Of a DNA stretch of 64,000 nucleotides, positions 50,296-60,332 are shown piece by piece. Position 1 is the first letter of the stretch. Each line of letters opens with the position of its first letter. Source of the DNA: Chloroflexota bacterium (lineage in GTDB: Bacteria > Chloroflexota > Dehalococcoidia > UBA2979); contig CANKAU010000003.1 in NCBI GenBank assembly GCA_947479915.1, forward strand, positions 41,359-105,358. Reading direction: 5' to 3'. Both the position numbers and the translations under genes were made by a program. The notes under the pieces are model-generated. The model did not search any database. It was not told the DNA's origin and saw only the letters and a program-made list of their open reading frames with translations.

Positions 50296-51366
50296 ATGGC
50301 CGGCAAGATCAACGTCGCAATCATCGGCGTGGGGAACTGCGCCTCGTCGCTCGTTCAGGGCGTCGAGTACTACAAGAACGCCGAAGCGGGCGACGTGATC
50401 CCGGGGCTGATGCACCCGGTGCTGGGCGGCTACCACATCCGCGACATCAACTTCACGGCTGCCTTCGACGTGGACATCGAGAAGGTCGGCAAGGACCTCA
50501 ACGAGGCCATCTTCAGCGGCCAGAACAACACGATGAAGTTCACGGACGTGCCCGCGACCGGCGTCACGGTCTCGCGCGGCATGACGCACGACGGCCTGGG
50601 CAAGTACCTGTCGGAGGTCATCACGAAGGCCCCCGGCTCCACGGCCGACATCGTGAAGATCCTCAAGGAGACGAAGACCGACGTCGTCATCAACTACCTC
50701 CCGGTGGGATCCGAGATGGCGACCAAGTGGTACGTCGAGCAGATCCTCGAGGCGGGCTGCGCGATGGTGAACTGCATCCCGGTGTTCATCGCCCGCGAGG
50801 AGTACTGGGCCAACCGCTTCAAGGAGAAGAACCTCCCGATCGTCGGTGACGACATCAAGTCGCAGGTCGGCGCGACGATCCTCCACCGTGTGCTCGTGCG
50901 CCTGTTCCAGGATCGCGGCGTGCGCATCGACCGCACCTACCAGCTGAACTTCGGTGGCAACACCGACTTCATGAACATGCTGGAGCGCGAGCGTCTGGAG
51001 TCGAAGAAGATCTCCAAGACCAACGCCGTCACCAGCCAGATCGCGTACGACCTGCCGGCCGCCGACGTGCACGTCGGCCCGTCCGACTACGTGCCGTGGC
51101 TGAAAGACCGCAAGTGGTGCCACATCCGTATCGAGGGCACGACCTTCGGCGATGTCCCGCTGATGCTGGAGACCAAGCTCGAGGTGTGGGACTCGCCCAA
51201 CTCCGCCGGCGTGGTGATCGACGCGATCCGCGCGGCGAAGATCGGCCTCGACCGGGGCATCGGGGGGCCGCTCTACGAGACCTCGGCGTACTTCATGAAG
51301 TCCCCGCCGAAGCAGATGCTGGACGAGGACGCGCGCGACGGCCTGGAGGCCTTCATCGCGGGCTAG
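50296..51366 (+). CDS. ino1: myo-inositol-1-phosphate synthase
   Basis: [47 protein letters not shown]. Confidence 0.97.
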   Translation: MAGKINVAIIGVGNCASSLVQGVEYYKNAEAGDVIPGLMHPVLGGYHIRDINFTAAFDVDIEKVGKDLNEAIFSGQNNTMKFTDVPATGVTVSRGMTHDGLGKYLSEVITKAPGSTADIVKILKETKTDVVINYLPVGSEMATKWYVEQILEAGCAMVNCIPVFIAREEYWANRFKEKNLPIVGDDIKSQVGATILHRVLVRLFQDRGVRIDRTYQLNFGGNTDFMNMLERERLESKKISKTNAVTSQIAYDLPAADVHVGPSDYVPWLKDRKWCHIRIEGTTFGDVPLMLETKLEVWDSPNSAGVVIDAIRAAKIGLDRGIGGPLYETSAYFMKSPPKQMLDEDARDGLEAFIAG

Positions 51367-51418
51367 CCCACGCGGTACGCTCTCTGCGGAGCCGGTTCAG
51401 GTTCCGTGGAAGGCTGCC

Positions 51419-52324
51419 GTGCTTCTCTACTGGACGTTCGTCATCGGAACCACCCTCGCCAGGGTGGTTCCGTTGCGTCTGAGCTACGCCATCGCGCGCG
51501 CCGTGGGCGTGGCGACCTACTACGCGTGGCCTGGCGGACGGCGGCGATGCGTCCAGAACCTGCGGCACGTCACCGGCGGCGACACGGTCGAGGCGCGGCG
51601 CATCGCGCGGGCCTCCTTCGCGAACTACATCGTGTACCTCGTCGACTTCTTCCGGCTCATCGGCAGCACGCGCGAGGAATTCGCTGGCCGCGTGGTGTCC
51701 GATGAGTGGGACAGCGTGGCGCTCGAGGGCAACGGGCACGGCATCGTCGCGATGACGCTGCACTACGGGAACTGGGACCTCGGCGCGGTGCTGATCGCGC
51801 AGCATGGGCGCGGCGTCGCAGCGATCGCGGATCGATTCGCCAGCCCACGCGTCGAGGAATTCGTGCTCGGCTCGCGGCGACACCTCGGCATGACGATCAT
51901 CCCGGCCGACCACGTCGGCCCCGGCCTGCTCCGCGCGCTGCGTCGCGACGAGGTCGTCGCCGTGCTCATCGACATCCCGGCTCCGGGCAGCGGCGTGCCG
52001 GTCACGTTCTTCGGCGACACAATCGTGGTGTCCGACGGCGCAGCACGCCTCGCGCTCCGCACCGGCGCGCGCGTCGTCGCGGGCCTCGTGGTGCGTGACC
52101 AGCCGTGGGATGAGCGTGTGCGCGCCGAGGCCAGCCCCATCGACTTCACCCCCACCGGCGACGAGGCCGGCGACGCGCGTGCGCTGATGCAGGCCGTCTT
52201 CACGCACCTGGAGCACCGGGTCCGGCGCGATCCGGCTCAGTGGTACATCTTCCGCAACCTCTGGCCGTCCGATGTCCGCGGCACCACGCGGCTGCGCACG
52301 CCGCACGCGTCGCGGGGCGCCTGA
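51419..52324 (+). CDS. Lipid acyltransferase (PatA/LpxL family)
   Basis: HYGNWD, V.FFG, P.QW. Confidence 0.85.
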   Translation: MLLYWTFVIGTTLARVVPLRLSYAIARAVGVATYYAWPGGRRRCVQNLRHVTGGDTVEARRIARASFANYIVYLVDFFRLIGSTREEFAGRVVSDEWDSVALEGNGHGIVAMTLHYGNWDLGAVLIAQHGRGVAAIADRFASPRVEEFVLGSRRHLGMTIIPADHVGPGLLRALRRDEVVAVLIDIPAPGSGVPVTFFGDTIVVSDGAARLALRTGARVVAGLVVRDQPWDERVRAEASPIDFTPTGDEAGDARALMQAVFTHLEHRVRRDPAQWYIFRNLWPSDVRGTTRLRTPHASRGA

Positions 52325-53226
52325 TGCTGCACTTCGTCGCGCTCTGGCTCCTCGTGCACATCGGTGGCGCGATCCCGCTCGCGGTGCTCGACCGGATCGC
52401 CGGAGCGGCGGGCAATGGCGCGTGGTGGGCCTCGCGGCGGCTCCGCGAGGTCACGCGCGACCACATGCGCCACGTGCTGGGGCCGGACGCCGCTGCGCAC
52501 GACATCGACCGAGCAGCGCGCGAGTGCGTCCGATCAGCAGCGCGCGGCTATGCCGAATTCGCTCACCTGCACGGGCTCTCACCCACCGTCGTGCGTTCAC
52601 GCATCACCTCGACCGACGGGATCGAGGCGCTCGCCGTCGCGCATGCCGAGGGACGCGGCGTGATCATCGTCTCCGCACACCTCGGGGCACCAGAGGTGAT
52701 CAGTCACGCGGCGCCGACGTTCGAGGTCGAGATGGCCGGGGTGGCAGAGCCGCTGCGCCCGCAGCGCGTCCACGACTTCGTGCAGGGCATGCGCGCGGTG
52801 ACGGGCGTGCAGTACTTCAGCGCGACACTGGCAGGGCTGCGCGAGGCGCGTGCGCACCTCGGTCGAGGCGGTGCGCTGGGCCTGCTCGTCGACCGTGACG
52901 TGCTGCACACGGGACGTCCGTACGCCTTCTTCGGAGAGCGCGCGCTCATGCCGACCGGTGCTGTGGAGTTGGCACGCCGCACCGGCGCGCCGATCGTCGC
53001 CGTGTGGTGCTACCGGGCGGTCGAGGCGGGACGGTACCGCCTGGTGGCGCGGCCCGTGCCACTGCCGGAAGCGACGGGAGCGCGCGATACCGACGTGGAT
53101 TCGGGTATGCGTGCGGTGCTCGCAGCACTGGAAGCGGCGATCCGCGAGGAGCCGGGGCAGTGGTTTCCGCTGGCGCCGGTCTGGTCCGGCCTCGGCACCG
53201 CACGTGCGAATTGCAATATTGCTTAA
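52324..53226 (+). CDS. Second lipid acyltransferase (PatA/LpxL family)
   Basis: HLGAPE, LVDRD, FFG...MP.G...LA..TGA, PGQWF. Confidence 0.85.
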   Translation: MLHFVALWLLVHIGGAIPLAVLDRIAGAAGNGAWWASRRLREVTRDHMRHVLGPDAAAHDIDRAARECVRSAARGYAEFAHLHGLSPTVVRSRITSTDGIEALAVAHAEGRGVIIVSAHLGAPEVISHAAPTFEVEMAGVAEPLRPQRVHDFVQGMRAVTGVQYFSATLAGLREARAHLGRGGALGLLVDRDVLHTGRPYAFFGERALMPTGAVELARRTGAPIVAVWCYRAVEAGRYRLVARPVPLPEATGARDTDVDSGMRAVLAALEAAIREEPGQWFPLAPVWSGLGTARANCNIA

Positions 53227-53261
53227 CCCGTCAAGTCTGTCTGCGCGCCTACAATGAACGC

Positions 53262-54077
53262 ATGACTGGTCAGCCGCTGCACATGGATCGCGAGGAACCG
53301 AGCGCACCTCGACGATTCGGTCGCGCCGATCTGCAAGTGCACACCTCCCACGGCGACGGCATGGAGGACGCGCGCACCATCTTCGAGCGCATCGAGCTGC
53401 GCGGCGAGCTGGACGTCATCGCCATTACGGACCACGACGACGTGCGCGGCGCCCTGGAGGCGCGCGAGGTCTACAGCCACTCCCGCTACCACTTCGACCT
53501 GATCACCGGTATTGAGGTCACGACCCGGCAGGGCCATCTGCTCGCGCTCTTCGTGGACCAGCCGATCCCCTCGTTCCGTTCGCTGGAGGCCACCGTGGCC
53601 GCCGTGCACCGGGCAGGCGGCCTCGCGGTCGTCCCTCACCCGTTCTCGGCGCTCACGCGCTCCGTCGGCCGCCGTGCCCTGGAGCGTGTGCTGGCGATCG
53701 AGGACGAGAGCACCCACCCGGACGGTATCGAGCTGGCAAACCCGACGAGCATGGGCTGGGACACCGGCGCTCGGGCGCGCCGCCTGAACGCGACGCGCTA
53801 CCACCTCGCCGAGACCGGCGGCAGCGACGCGCATTTCGTCGAGGCGCTCGGGAACGCGTACACGCTGTTCCCCGGTCGCGACTCGCTCGCGCTGCGCACC
53901 GCGATCCTCGAGCGCCGCACGACCGGCGTCATCGACCAGGGGACGCCACTCCGCGACATCGGCGCGCGCCGCTTGCTGGCCCAGCAGGTGCGCGGGCTCG
54001 CCGTCACCCCGCGGAAGGTGCTGGGGCCGATGGCCGCGCGCCTGCGCGACCGCATCACCCGGGCGGGGCTCGCGTGA
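53262..54077 (+). CDS. PHP-domain metallo-phosphoesterase
   Basis: DLQVHT..GDG, AITDHD, GIEV, HLL, PHP, GGSDAH. Confidence 0.9.
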   Translation: MTGQPLHMDREEPSAPRRFGRADLQVHTSHGDGMEDARTIFERIELRGELDVIAITDHDDVRGALEAREVYSHSRYHFDLITGIEVTTRQGHLLALFVDQPIPSFRSLEATVAAVHRAGGLAVVPHPFSALTRSVGRRALERVLAIEDESTHPDGIELANPTSMGWDTGARARRLNATRYHLAETGGSDAHFVEALGNAYTLFPGRDSLALRTAILERRTTGVIDQGTPLRDIGARRLLAQQVRGLAVTPRKVLGPMAARLRDRITRAGLA

Positions 54078-55258
54078 AGATCGCCCTCGTGTCGCCGTAC
54101 GACTGGGACGTCCCGGGCGGCGTGAACACGCACGTGGCCGCGCTCTCCACACACCTGCGCGGCCACGGGCACGAGGTGAAGATCCTGGCTCCCGCCGCCC
54201 GCGACGTGGACGACCCGCATGTCATCACCCTCGGCCGGCCGTGGCCCGTCGCCGCCTCGGGTTCGGTCGTACGCATCGCCCTCGACCCGATGGTCGGGCG
54301 GCGCGTGAAGCAGGTGCTGCAACGCGAGCAGTTCGACGTGGTGCACATCCACGAGCCGCTGATGCCGGTGCTGCCCATCCATGTGCTGCGCCACTCGCGC
54401 ACCGCGAACCCGCGTGTCGTGAACGTGGGCACGTTCCATGCGAGGAAGGACGGCGGCAACCGTCTCTACGCCTACGGTCGCCGGCTCCTAAAGCGCTGGT
54501 TCCGCGAGCTCGACGGGAAGATCGCCGTCTCACCGCCGGCCAGCCAGTACGTCTCGCGATACTTCCCCGGCTACTACAACACCGTCCCGAACGGCATCGA
54601 CGTCGCTCACTGGTCGAGGCAGGACATCACGCCGATGCCCGGCTACGAGGGCACACAGAACATCCTGTACACGGGCCGCGCAGAGAAGCGGAAGGGCCTT
54701 GCGGTGCTCATCCGCGCTTTCGGCATGGTGAATGCCCGCAACCCCGAGGCACGCCTGATCGTCGTCGGCCCTGACTCGCGCGCGCGCCGCCGCTATGAGT
54801 CGTGGGTGGAGACCAGCGGCCGTCGGGGCATCACGTTCGTCCCGGAGCAGGCCTACAGCGACCTCGTGCGGTTCCACCGCGCCAGCCAGATCTTCTGCTC
54901 GCCGGCCCTGGGCCACGAGTCGCAGGGGTACGTGCTGCTGGAGGCGATGGCGGCCGGCATCCCCGTAGTCGCCAGCGACATCGAGGGATACGCCTCGGTC
55001 ATCACCCACGGCGTGGACGGACTGCTCGTTCGTCCGAACGACGCCATGGCGCTGGCCGACGCCCTGACGGCGCTCCTGCAGGACCCGAAGCGCCGCGCCA
55101 CGCTCGCCGCGGCCGGCCGTCGGACGGTCGAGGACTACTCGTGGCCCCGGGTCACAGAGCGCGTACTCTCCTACTACGAACGCCTCCGCGAGCAGCAGGA
55201 GACGGTGGAGGCCTCGCGGCGATTGGCGCTTCGGCATACGCTGACGGCAACACGATGA
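54074..55258 (+). CDS. pimA: GT4 glycosyltransferase, PimA-like phosphatidylinositol mannosyltransferase
   Basis: MKIALVSPY...PGGV..HV, DVVHIHEP, TFH, RKG, ESQG.VLLEAMAAG..VVASD. Confidence 0.8.
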   Translation: MKIALVSPYDWDVPGGVNTHVAALSTHLRGHGHEVKILAPAARDVDDPHVITLGRPWPVAASGSVVRIALDPMVGRRVKQVLQREQFDVVHIHEPLMPVLPIHVLRHSRTANPRVVNVGTFHARKDGGNRLYAYGRRLLKRWFRELDGKIAVSPPASQYVSRYFPGYYNTVPNGIDVAHWSRQDITPMPGYEGTQNILYTGRAEKRKGLAVLIRAFGMVNARNPEARLIVVGPDSRARRRYESWVETSGRRGITFVPEQAYSDLVRFHRASQIFCSPALGHESQGYVLLEAMAAGIPVVASDIEGYASVITHGVDGLLVRPNDAMALADALTALLQDPKRRATLAAAGRRTVEDYSWPRVTERVLSYYERLREQQETVEASRRLALRHTLTATR

Positions 55259-55902
55259 ACGTACGACTGCTTCCCGCTCGTCCCCCTGCCGCCGCGATCG
55301 ACCCGATCGTGCGCGTCCTCGCGTCCCTGGGCATCGGCCCGGCGGCGCTGACGACTGCGGGGCTCATCGGCAACGTCTTCGCCGCCGCGCTGATCGTGGA
55401 CGGCTCGCTGCTCGCCGGCGGCTTCGTGCTGCTCCTCGCGAGCGCGCTCGACATGCTCGACGGCGCGCTGGCACGCGCCACCGGCAGCGCCTCACGCTTC
55501 GGCGCAATGTTCGACTCCGTCCTCGATCGCTTCTCGGAGGCGGTCGTGCTGTTTGGCATCGCCTGGTACGCCATCGAGTCCGGCAACCGCGAACAGGCGC
55601 TGCTCGCGTTCGCCGCCGTCGTCGGTTCGCTGATGGTGTCCTACGTCCGCGCGCGCGCCGAGGGATTGAACCTGCAACTCCGCGACGGCATCTTCACCCG
55701 CGCCGAGCGAGTGGTTCTGACCGGCGCGATGCTCATCCTCGGCTACGTCACGATCGGCCTGTGGATCCTCGCGACGCTATCGCTGTTCACCGCGTTCCAG
55801 CGGCTGTGGATCGCGAGCCGCATGCTGCTCGCCGCCGACGCACCGCCGCGGCCGATGCGCGTGAGCGCGCCGAAGACCGCCAAGCCCGAGCCGCGCCGGT
55901 GA
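55255..55902 (+). CDS. pgsA: CDP-alcohol phosphatidyltransferase, PIP synthase type
   Basis: DMLDGALAR...GAMFDSVLDR, SYVRARAE, RAER. Confidence 0.85.
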   Translation: MNVRLLPARPPAAAIDPIVRVLASLGIGPAALTTAGLIGNVFAAALIVDGSLLAGGFVLLLASALDMLDGALARATGSASRFGAMFDSVLDRFSEAVVLFGIAWYAIESGNREQALLAFAAVVGSLMVSYVRARAEGLNLQLRDGIFTRAERVVLTGAMLILGYVTIGLWILATLSLFTAFQRLWIASRMLLAADAPPRPMRVSAPKTAKPEPRR

Positions 55903-55907
55903 CGTCC

Positions 55908-56729
55908 ATGTCCGGCCCCCTCCCTCGCGAAGCCGAGGTCGAGGTGATGCAGTTCTTCGCGGAGCGCCTCGCGCGGCCCGTGAGCATCGATGTCTGGACG
56001 CGCCGCGGCACCGGCCTCGTGCTCCCCGACCGCGACACCTCCGCGCACGACGACGAGCAACTGGCACTGATGCGCCAGTTCGTGCGCCTGACGCCCGCGC
56101 TCACCGTCACCCCGTACGACATCGAGAAGCACGGCGACCGCGCCGCCGAGGCGCGCATCGACCTGACGCCGACCACGGTGATGCGGTGTGCGGGACGATC
56201 GGTGCAGTACGTGGGCATGGCGGGGGGGATGCTGTTCCCCGCGTTCCTCGACGTCATGTCCTACCTGTCGGTTGGCACGACGCCGCTGGACGACAGCTCC
56301 CGCGAGGTCCTCGCGACGCTGCGCGACCCGGTGCAGCTCGAGCTTCTGGTGGCGCCGTACGACAACTACTCCGGGCACCTGATGCGCCTCGCGTCCGCGC
56401 TCGCCGTGGAGTGCCGCGCGATCCGGCTACGCATCGTCGATGCGACCGAGTACCCGATCTTCGCCTCGCTGCGCGGGGTGAGCGGCGTGCCGGTGCTGTC
56501 GATCGACGGGCAGCGGTTCGTGGGCGTGTGGGATGAGACCGAGCTGGTCGAGCAGATCCGCCGGATCGCCACCGGCAACACCGAGGCAGTGATCCGCAGC
56601 GCGGTCTACGCCGTCCCGTTCATCACCGAGGCCGACGCCCGCGCGATGGAAGCGGAGAGTGCCGCCGAGGTCGCAGGCGCCATGGCGCCGTCGCCCTCGG
56701 GCGGCCTGTACATCCCCGGGCGCGACTAG
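55908..56729 (+). CDS. Double thioredoxin-fold (PDO/AhpF-NTD-like) protein lacking CxxC
   Basis: PT.V....Y.G..G..F..FL, DATEYP, V.GVP..IDG...F.G. Confidence 0.7.
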   Translation: MSGPLPREAEVEVMQFFAERLARPVSIDVWTRRGTGLVLPDRDTSAHDDEQLALMRQFVRLTPALTVTPYDIEKHGDRAAEARIDLTPTTVMRCAGRSVQYVGMAGGMLFPAFLDVMSYLSVGTTPLDDSSREVLATLRDPVQLELLVAPYDNYSGHLMRLASALAVECRAIRLRIVDATEYPIFASLRGVSGVPVLSIDGQRFVGVWDETELVEQIRRIATGNTEAVIRSAVYAVPFITEADARAMEAESAAEVAGAMAPSPSGGLYIPGRD

Positions 56730-56759
56730 CGCCGTCCCCCGGCGGGCCTGCCTGCTCGG

Positions 56760-58130
56760 CTAGGCCTTCTTCCTCGACAGCCGCAGCGCGAAGAACGCCA
56801 GCGCCGCCGCAACGACAACCGCCCCGCCACCGACGGCGATCGCCGTCGTCGAGGAGACCGCGGGGCCGCCAGCCTGCGCCCCGGCTGCGCCGCCAGCGGT
56901 GTTCTCGGCCGAGGTGACGGAGGTCGGGATGCCCAGCGGCTGCTGGGTCGCCTGCGCCCCGGCGATGCTCGTGGCCTTCGGCACGGGCGGGAAGTCGATG
57001 GCCTTCAGCCCAACGCTCTTGCGCCACGCGTTGTAGAGACCGTCCTGGTCGACGCCGATGTTCTTCTCGAGCGCCTCGTCGATCGGGGCGCCGTCCTTCA
57101 CGGACTTGAAGATCGCGGCGAACTTGTCCTTGCCGTAGGTGTCGACCATGAACTTCACGGTCGACCACGACTGGCCGTAGAAGATGTCCACCTGGCCGGG
57201 CTGGTTCGTCGGCGCCGCCATGGAGCGCAGGCGCGTCGTGCCGTCCGCCTTGATCGCGCGCTCGATGGCCGGGCGGTACCCGCCCGGGTCCTTCTGTGCG
57301 TAGACCGCCGTCCCCTCGTCGATCCACGACGGGAGCGAGGTGAAGGGGCCGTCGCCCGCGACCTTCGTGACGATGTGTCCGGCCTCGTGGCGCGCGACGT
57401 CCTCGAACCCTCCGAGCGGGTCGTAGATGTGCAGCACGTCCGGGGAGACGCGGGAGCCGCCCGTGATCACCTGCTGATCGAAGGTGGCGGCGCGGGAGCG
57501 CTGCGCGGCCTTCGCGTCATTCGTGTTGCGCCACACCACGACCCGCACGTCGTAGGGCACCTTCACCTTCAGCAGCGTCTCGTTATCGGCGATCGATGCG
57601 ACGGTGGCGTTGAGCGCGACGTCCGCGTTCGCCTCGTTGCCGCCGTACCAGTACACGCTGACCTGACCGCGCTTCTTCGACTGCCACTGGTAGCGGCCAT
57701 CGAGGAACGTCATCGTCGCCTCGGGGGTGGTGACGCTGGCGCCGTTCTTGTCGGTGACGGTCCACGCGTAGGTGATCTGCGTGCCGGTGGGGATGTAGCG
57801 CTCGTTGGTGTTCGTCTGGAGCGTGACGGAGGCGTCCACGGTCCGCCCGCTGACCTCGGCGCGGAGCGAGCCGCCGACGTTGCCGTCCGGGCTCAGCACC
57901 TTGTAGTTCACGATTGCAGAGGCGATGTCGGCGTCACCCGTCGCGCGCACCTTGAAGGTGATCGAGGCGGGATCAGGCGTCTCGACCGTAGCGTTGGTCG
58001 CCTGCGGTGCGGCGTGCGCCACGCCCGGCTGCACCATCAGGAACGACAACGCTCCGATGAGGGCAACCGCCCCCGGGCCGAGCCCTCGAAACGCGTGCCG
58101 GAAGAACCCCGCGCGAGCACCCTCGATCAT
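56760..58130 (-). CDS. Secreted, C-terminally anchored zinc metallopeptidase (peptidase MA-like)
   Basis: Signal peptide ..AHA; HEAGH and WIDEGTA; C-terminal TM with basic tail. Confidence 0.85.
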   Translation of the reverse strand: MIEGARAGFFRHAFRGLGPGAVALIGALSFLMVQPGVAHAAPQATNATVETPDPASITFKVRATGDADIASAIVNYKVLSPDGNVGGSLRAEVSGRTVDASVTLQTNTNERYIPTGTQITYAWTVTDKNGASVTTPEATMTFLDGRYQWQSKKRGQVSVYWYGGNEANADVALNATVASIADNETLLKVKVPYDVRVVVWRNTNDAKAAQRSRAATFDQQVITGGSRVSPDVLHIYDPLGGFEDVARHEAGHIVTKVAGDGPFTSLPSWIDEGTAVYAQKDPGGYRPAIERAIKADGTTRLRSMAAPTNQPGQVDIFYGQSWSTVKFMVDTYGKDKFAAIFKSVKDGAPIDEALEKNIGVDQDGLYNAWRKSVGLKAIDFPPVPKATSIAGAQATQQPLGIPTSVTSAENTAGGAAGAQAGGPAVSSTTAIAVGGGAVVVAAALAFFALRLSRKKA

Positions 58131-59258
58131 GACGCTACCTCTCCGCCGTCCACGCCGACCTGCTCACGCAGGTACGCCGTGACGAACTCGTCGATCGCGC
58201 CGTCCAGCACGGCGCCTGTGTCGCTGGTCTCCACGTTGGTGCGGAGGTCCTTCACCATCTTGTACGGGTGCAGGACGTAGGAGCGGATCTGGCTCCCCCA
58301 CCCCGCGTCCACGTGCACCCCGCGGATCTTCGCCCGCTCGATCTCACGCTTCTCGATCTCCATCTCCAGGAGTCTCGAATGGAGTACGAGCATCGCGCTC
58401 TCGCGGTTTCGATTCTGTGAACGTTCATTCTGGCAGGTCACCATGATCCCCGTGGGGATATGGAGGATGCGGACCGCCGTGTCGTTCTTCTGGACGTTCT
58501 GACCGCCGTGGCCGCTGGCCCGGTAGGTGTCGATACGCAGGTCGTCCGGGTCGATGTCGACCGTCACGTCGCCCTGCTCCGCCTCGGGCATCACCTCGAC
58601 CAGCGCGAACGTGGTGTGCCGCGAGTGCGACGAGTCGAACGGCGAGATCCGCACGAGGCGATGCGTGCCGCGCTCGGAGCGCAGCAGCCCGTAGGCGTTC
58701 TCGCCCTCGATTCGCACCTCGACGGACTTGACGCCAGCCTCGTCGCCGGGGCTGAGGGACAGGATGTCGGACTTGAACTTGTGAGACTCCGCCCAGCGCA
58801 GGTACATGCGCAGCAGCATCTCGGTCCAGTCCTGGGCCTCCGTACCGCCCTCCCGGGCATGGATCGAGATGAGCGCGTTCCGCTGGTCGTACGGACCGCT
58901 CAGGGTGAGCGCGATCTCGAGCGCCTCGTACTCCCGCTCGAGGGCACTGAGGTCGCGCTCGATGTCCTCGGTGAGCCCGGCGCGCTCCTCCTCGGTCGCC
59001 TCGGCGGCAAGCTCCAGCAGAGCCTGCACGTCGGCGGAGTGCGCCTCCAGGTTCTGCCAGGTGGTGAGGAGGCCCTCCAGCCGGGCGACACCACGCATGA
59101 CGCGCTGGGCATTGGCCCGGTCGTCCCAGAGGTCGGACGCCTGTGCGGCGTCGCGGAGGAGGTTTAGTTCGTGCTGTTTTGCGGGCAGGTCAAAGTCGCA
59201 CCTGAATGTCCCGCACGCGCTCAAGGAGCTCGGCGACTCGTTGTTCCCATTCGTTCAT
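58127..59258 (-). CDS. prfB: Peptide chain release factor 2 (programmed +1 frameshift)
   Basis: ATG 59258, 22 codons to CTT TGA C (59195-59189), continuing in the +1 frame; SPF and GGQ motifs. Confidence 0.96.
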
Positions 59259-59333
59259 GCCCCCATGTTCGCACGGCGCGCCGAGGGACGCGAGGTCGGG
59301 GGCCGGGGGCCGGGGGCCGAGGAGCGGAGCCGG

Positions 59334-60212
59334 CTACAGCCCCTTCGCGGCGGCGAGGGTGTTCACGATGAGCATGGCGATGGTCATGGGGCCGACGCCG
59401 CCGGGGACGGGCGTGATCGCCGAGGCGACGGCGCTCACGCCCTCGAAGTCCACGTCGCCGACGAGGCGCTTGCCGGACTTGCGGCTCGCGTCGTCGATCT
59501 GGTTGATGCCGACGTCAATGACGACCGCACCGGGCTTCACCATGTCCGCGGTGATCGCGCGGGGGCGGCCCATCGCCGCCACGAGGATGTCCGCCTCGCG
59601 GGTAACGGCGCCGAGGTCACGCGTGCCGGTGTGCGCCAGCGTGACCGTGGCGTTCGCGCCGGGCGCCTTGTTCGCCAGCAGCATCGCCAGCGGCCGACCG
59701 ACGAGCACGGAGCGGCCCACGATGACCACGCGCTGGCCTTCCGGGTCGATGCCCTCGCGGCGGAGCATCTCCAGCACTCCCGACGGGGTCGCAGGGGCGA
59801 AGGCAGGCACGCCCTGCAGCAGCAGGCCAAGGCTGGTCGGCGAGAGGCCGTCCACGTCCTTCTTCGGGCTGAGCGCGCTCATCACGGCCAGCTCGTCGAG
59901 GTGCTGCGGCAGGGGCATCTGCACGAGGATACCGGAGACGCTCGGGTCGGCGTTCAGGCGGGCGACCTCGTCCAGCAGCTCCTGCTGCGTGAGGGTGGCG
60001 GGGCGCTGGATGGTCTCGGAGGTCATCCCGGCCTCCTCGCACGCGCGGCCCTTGTTGCGCACGTAGACGTGCGAGGCGGGGTCGTCCCCGACGAGGATCA
60101 CCGACAGGTGCGGCCGACGACCGCCGGCGGCGATGTGCGCCTCGACCTGCCGCGCCACGTCGGCGCGGACGGCGGCGGCAATCGCGGTGCCATCGATGAT
60201 GCGTGCGGTCAC
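59334..60212 (-). CDS. folD: Methylene-THF dehydrogenase/cyclohydrolase
   Basis: YVRNK, KDVDG, GRS..VGRP, DVGIN, PVPGGVGPMT. Confidence 0.96.
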   Translation of the reverse strand: MTARIIDGTAIAAAVRADVARQVEAHIAAGGRRPHLSVILVGDDPASHVYVRNKGRACEEAGMTSETIQRPATLTQQELLDEVARLNADPSVSGILVQMPLPQHLDELAVMSALSPKKDVDGLSPTSLGLLLQGVPAFAPATPSGVLEMLRREGIDPEGQRVVIVGRSVLVGRPLAMLLANKAPGANATVTLAHTGTRDLGAVTREADILVAAMGRPRAITADMVKPGAVVIDVGINQIDDASRKSGKRLVGDVDFEGVSAVASAITPVPGGVGPMTIAMLIVNTLAAAKGL

Positions 60213-60332
60213 GGGGATGCTCCTCGCCAGTCGTGCGGGTGGGTGCCGGAAGGGGGTCGGGAGGCGAGTATAGGCATGGCTTCGTGCTAGATTCCGCGAG
60301 CGCCCGCCTCGGACAGGCGGTGAAGGGGCCGC

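Noticed and set aside
58127-59258. In-frame stop in prfB as pseudogenisation
   Set aside because: Canonical programmed frameshift site
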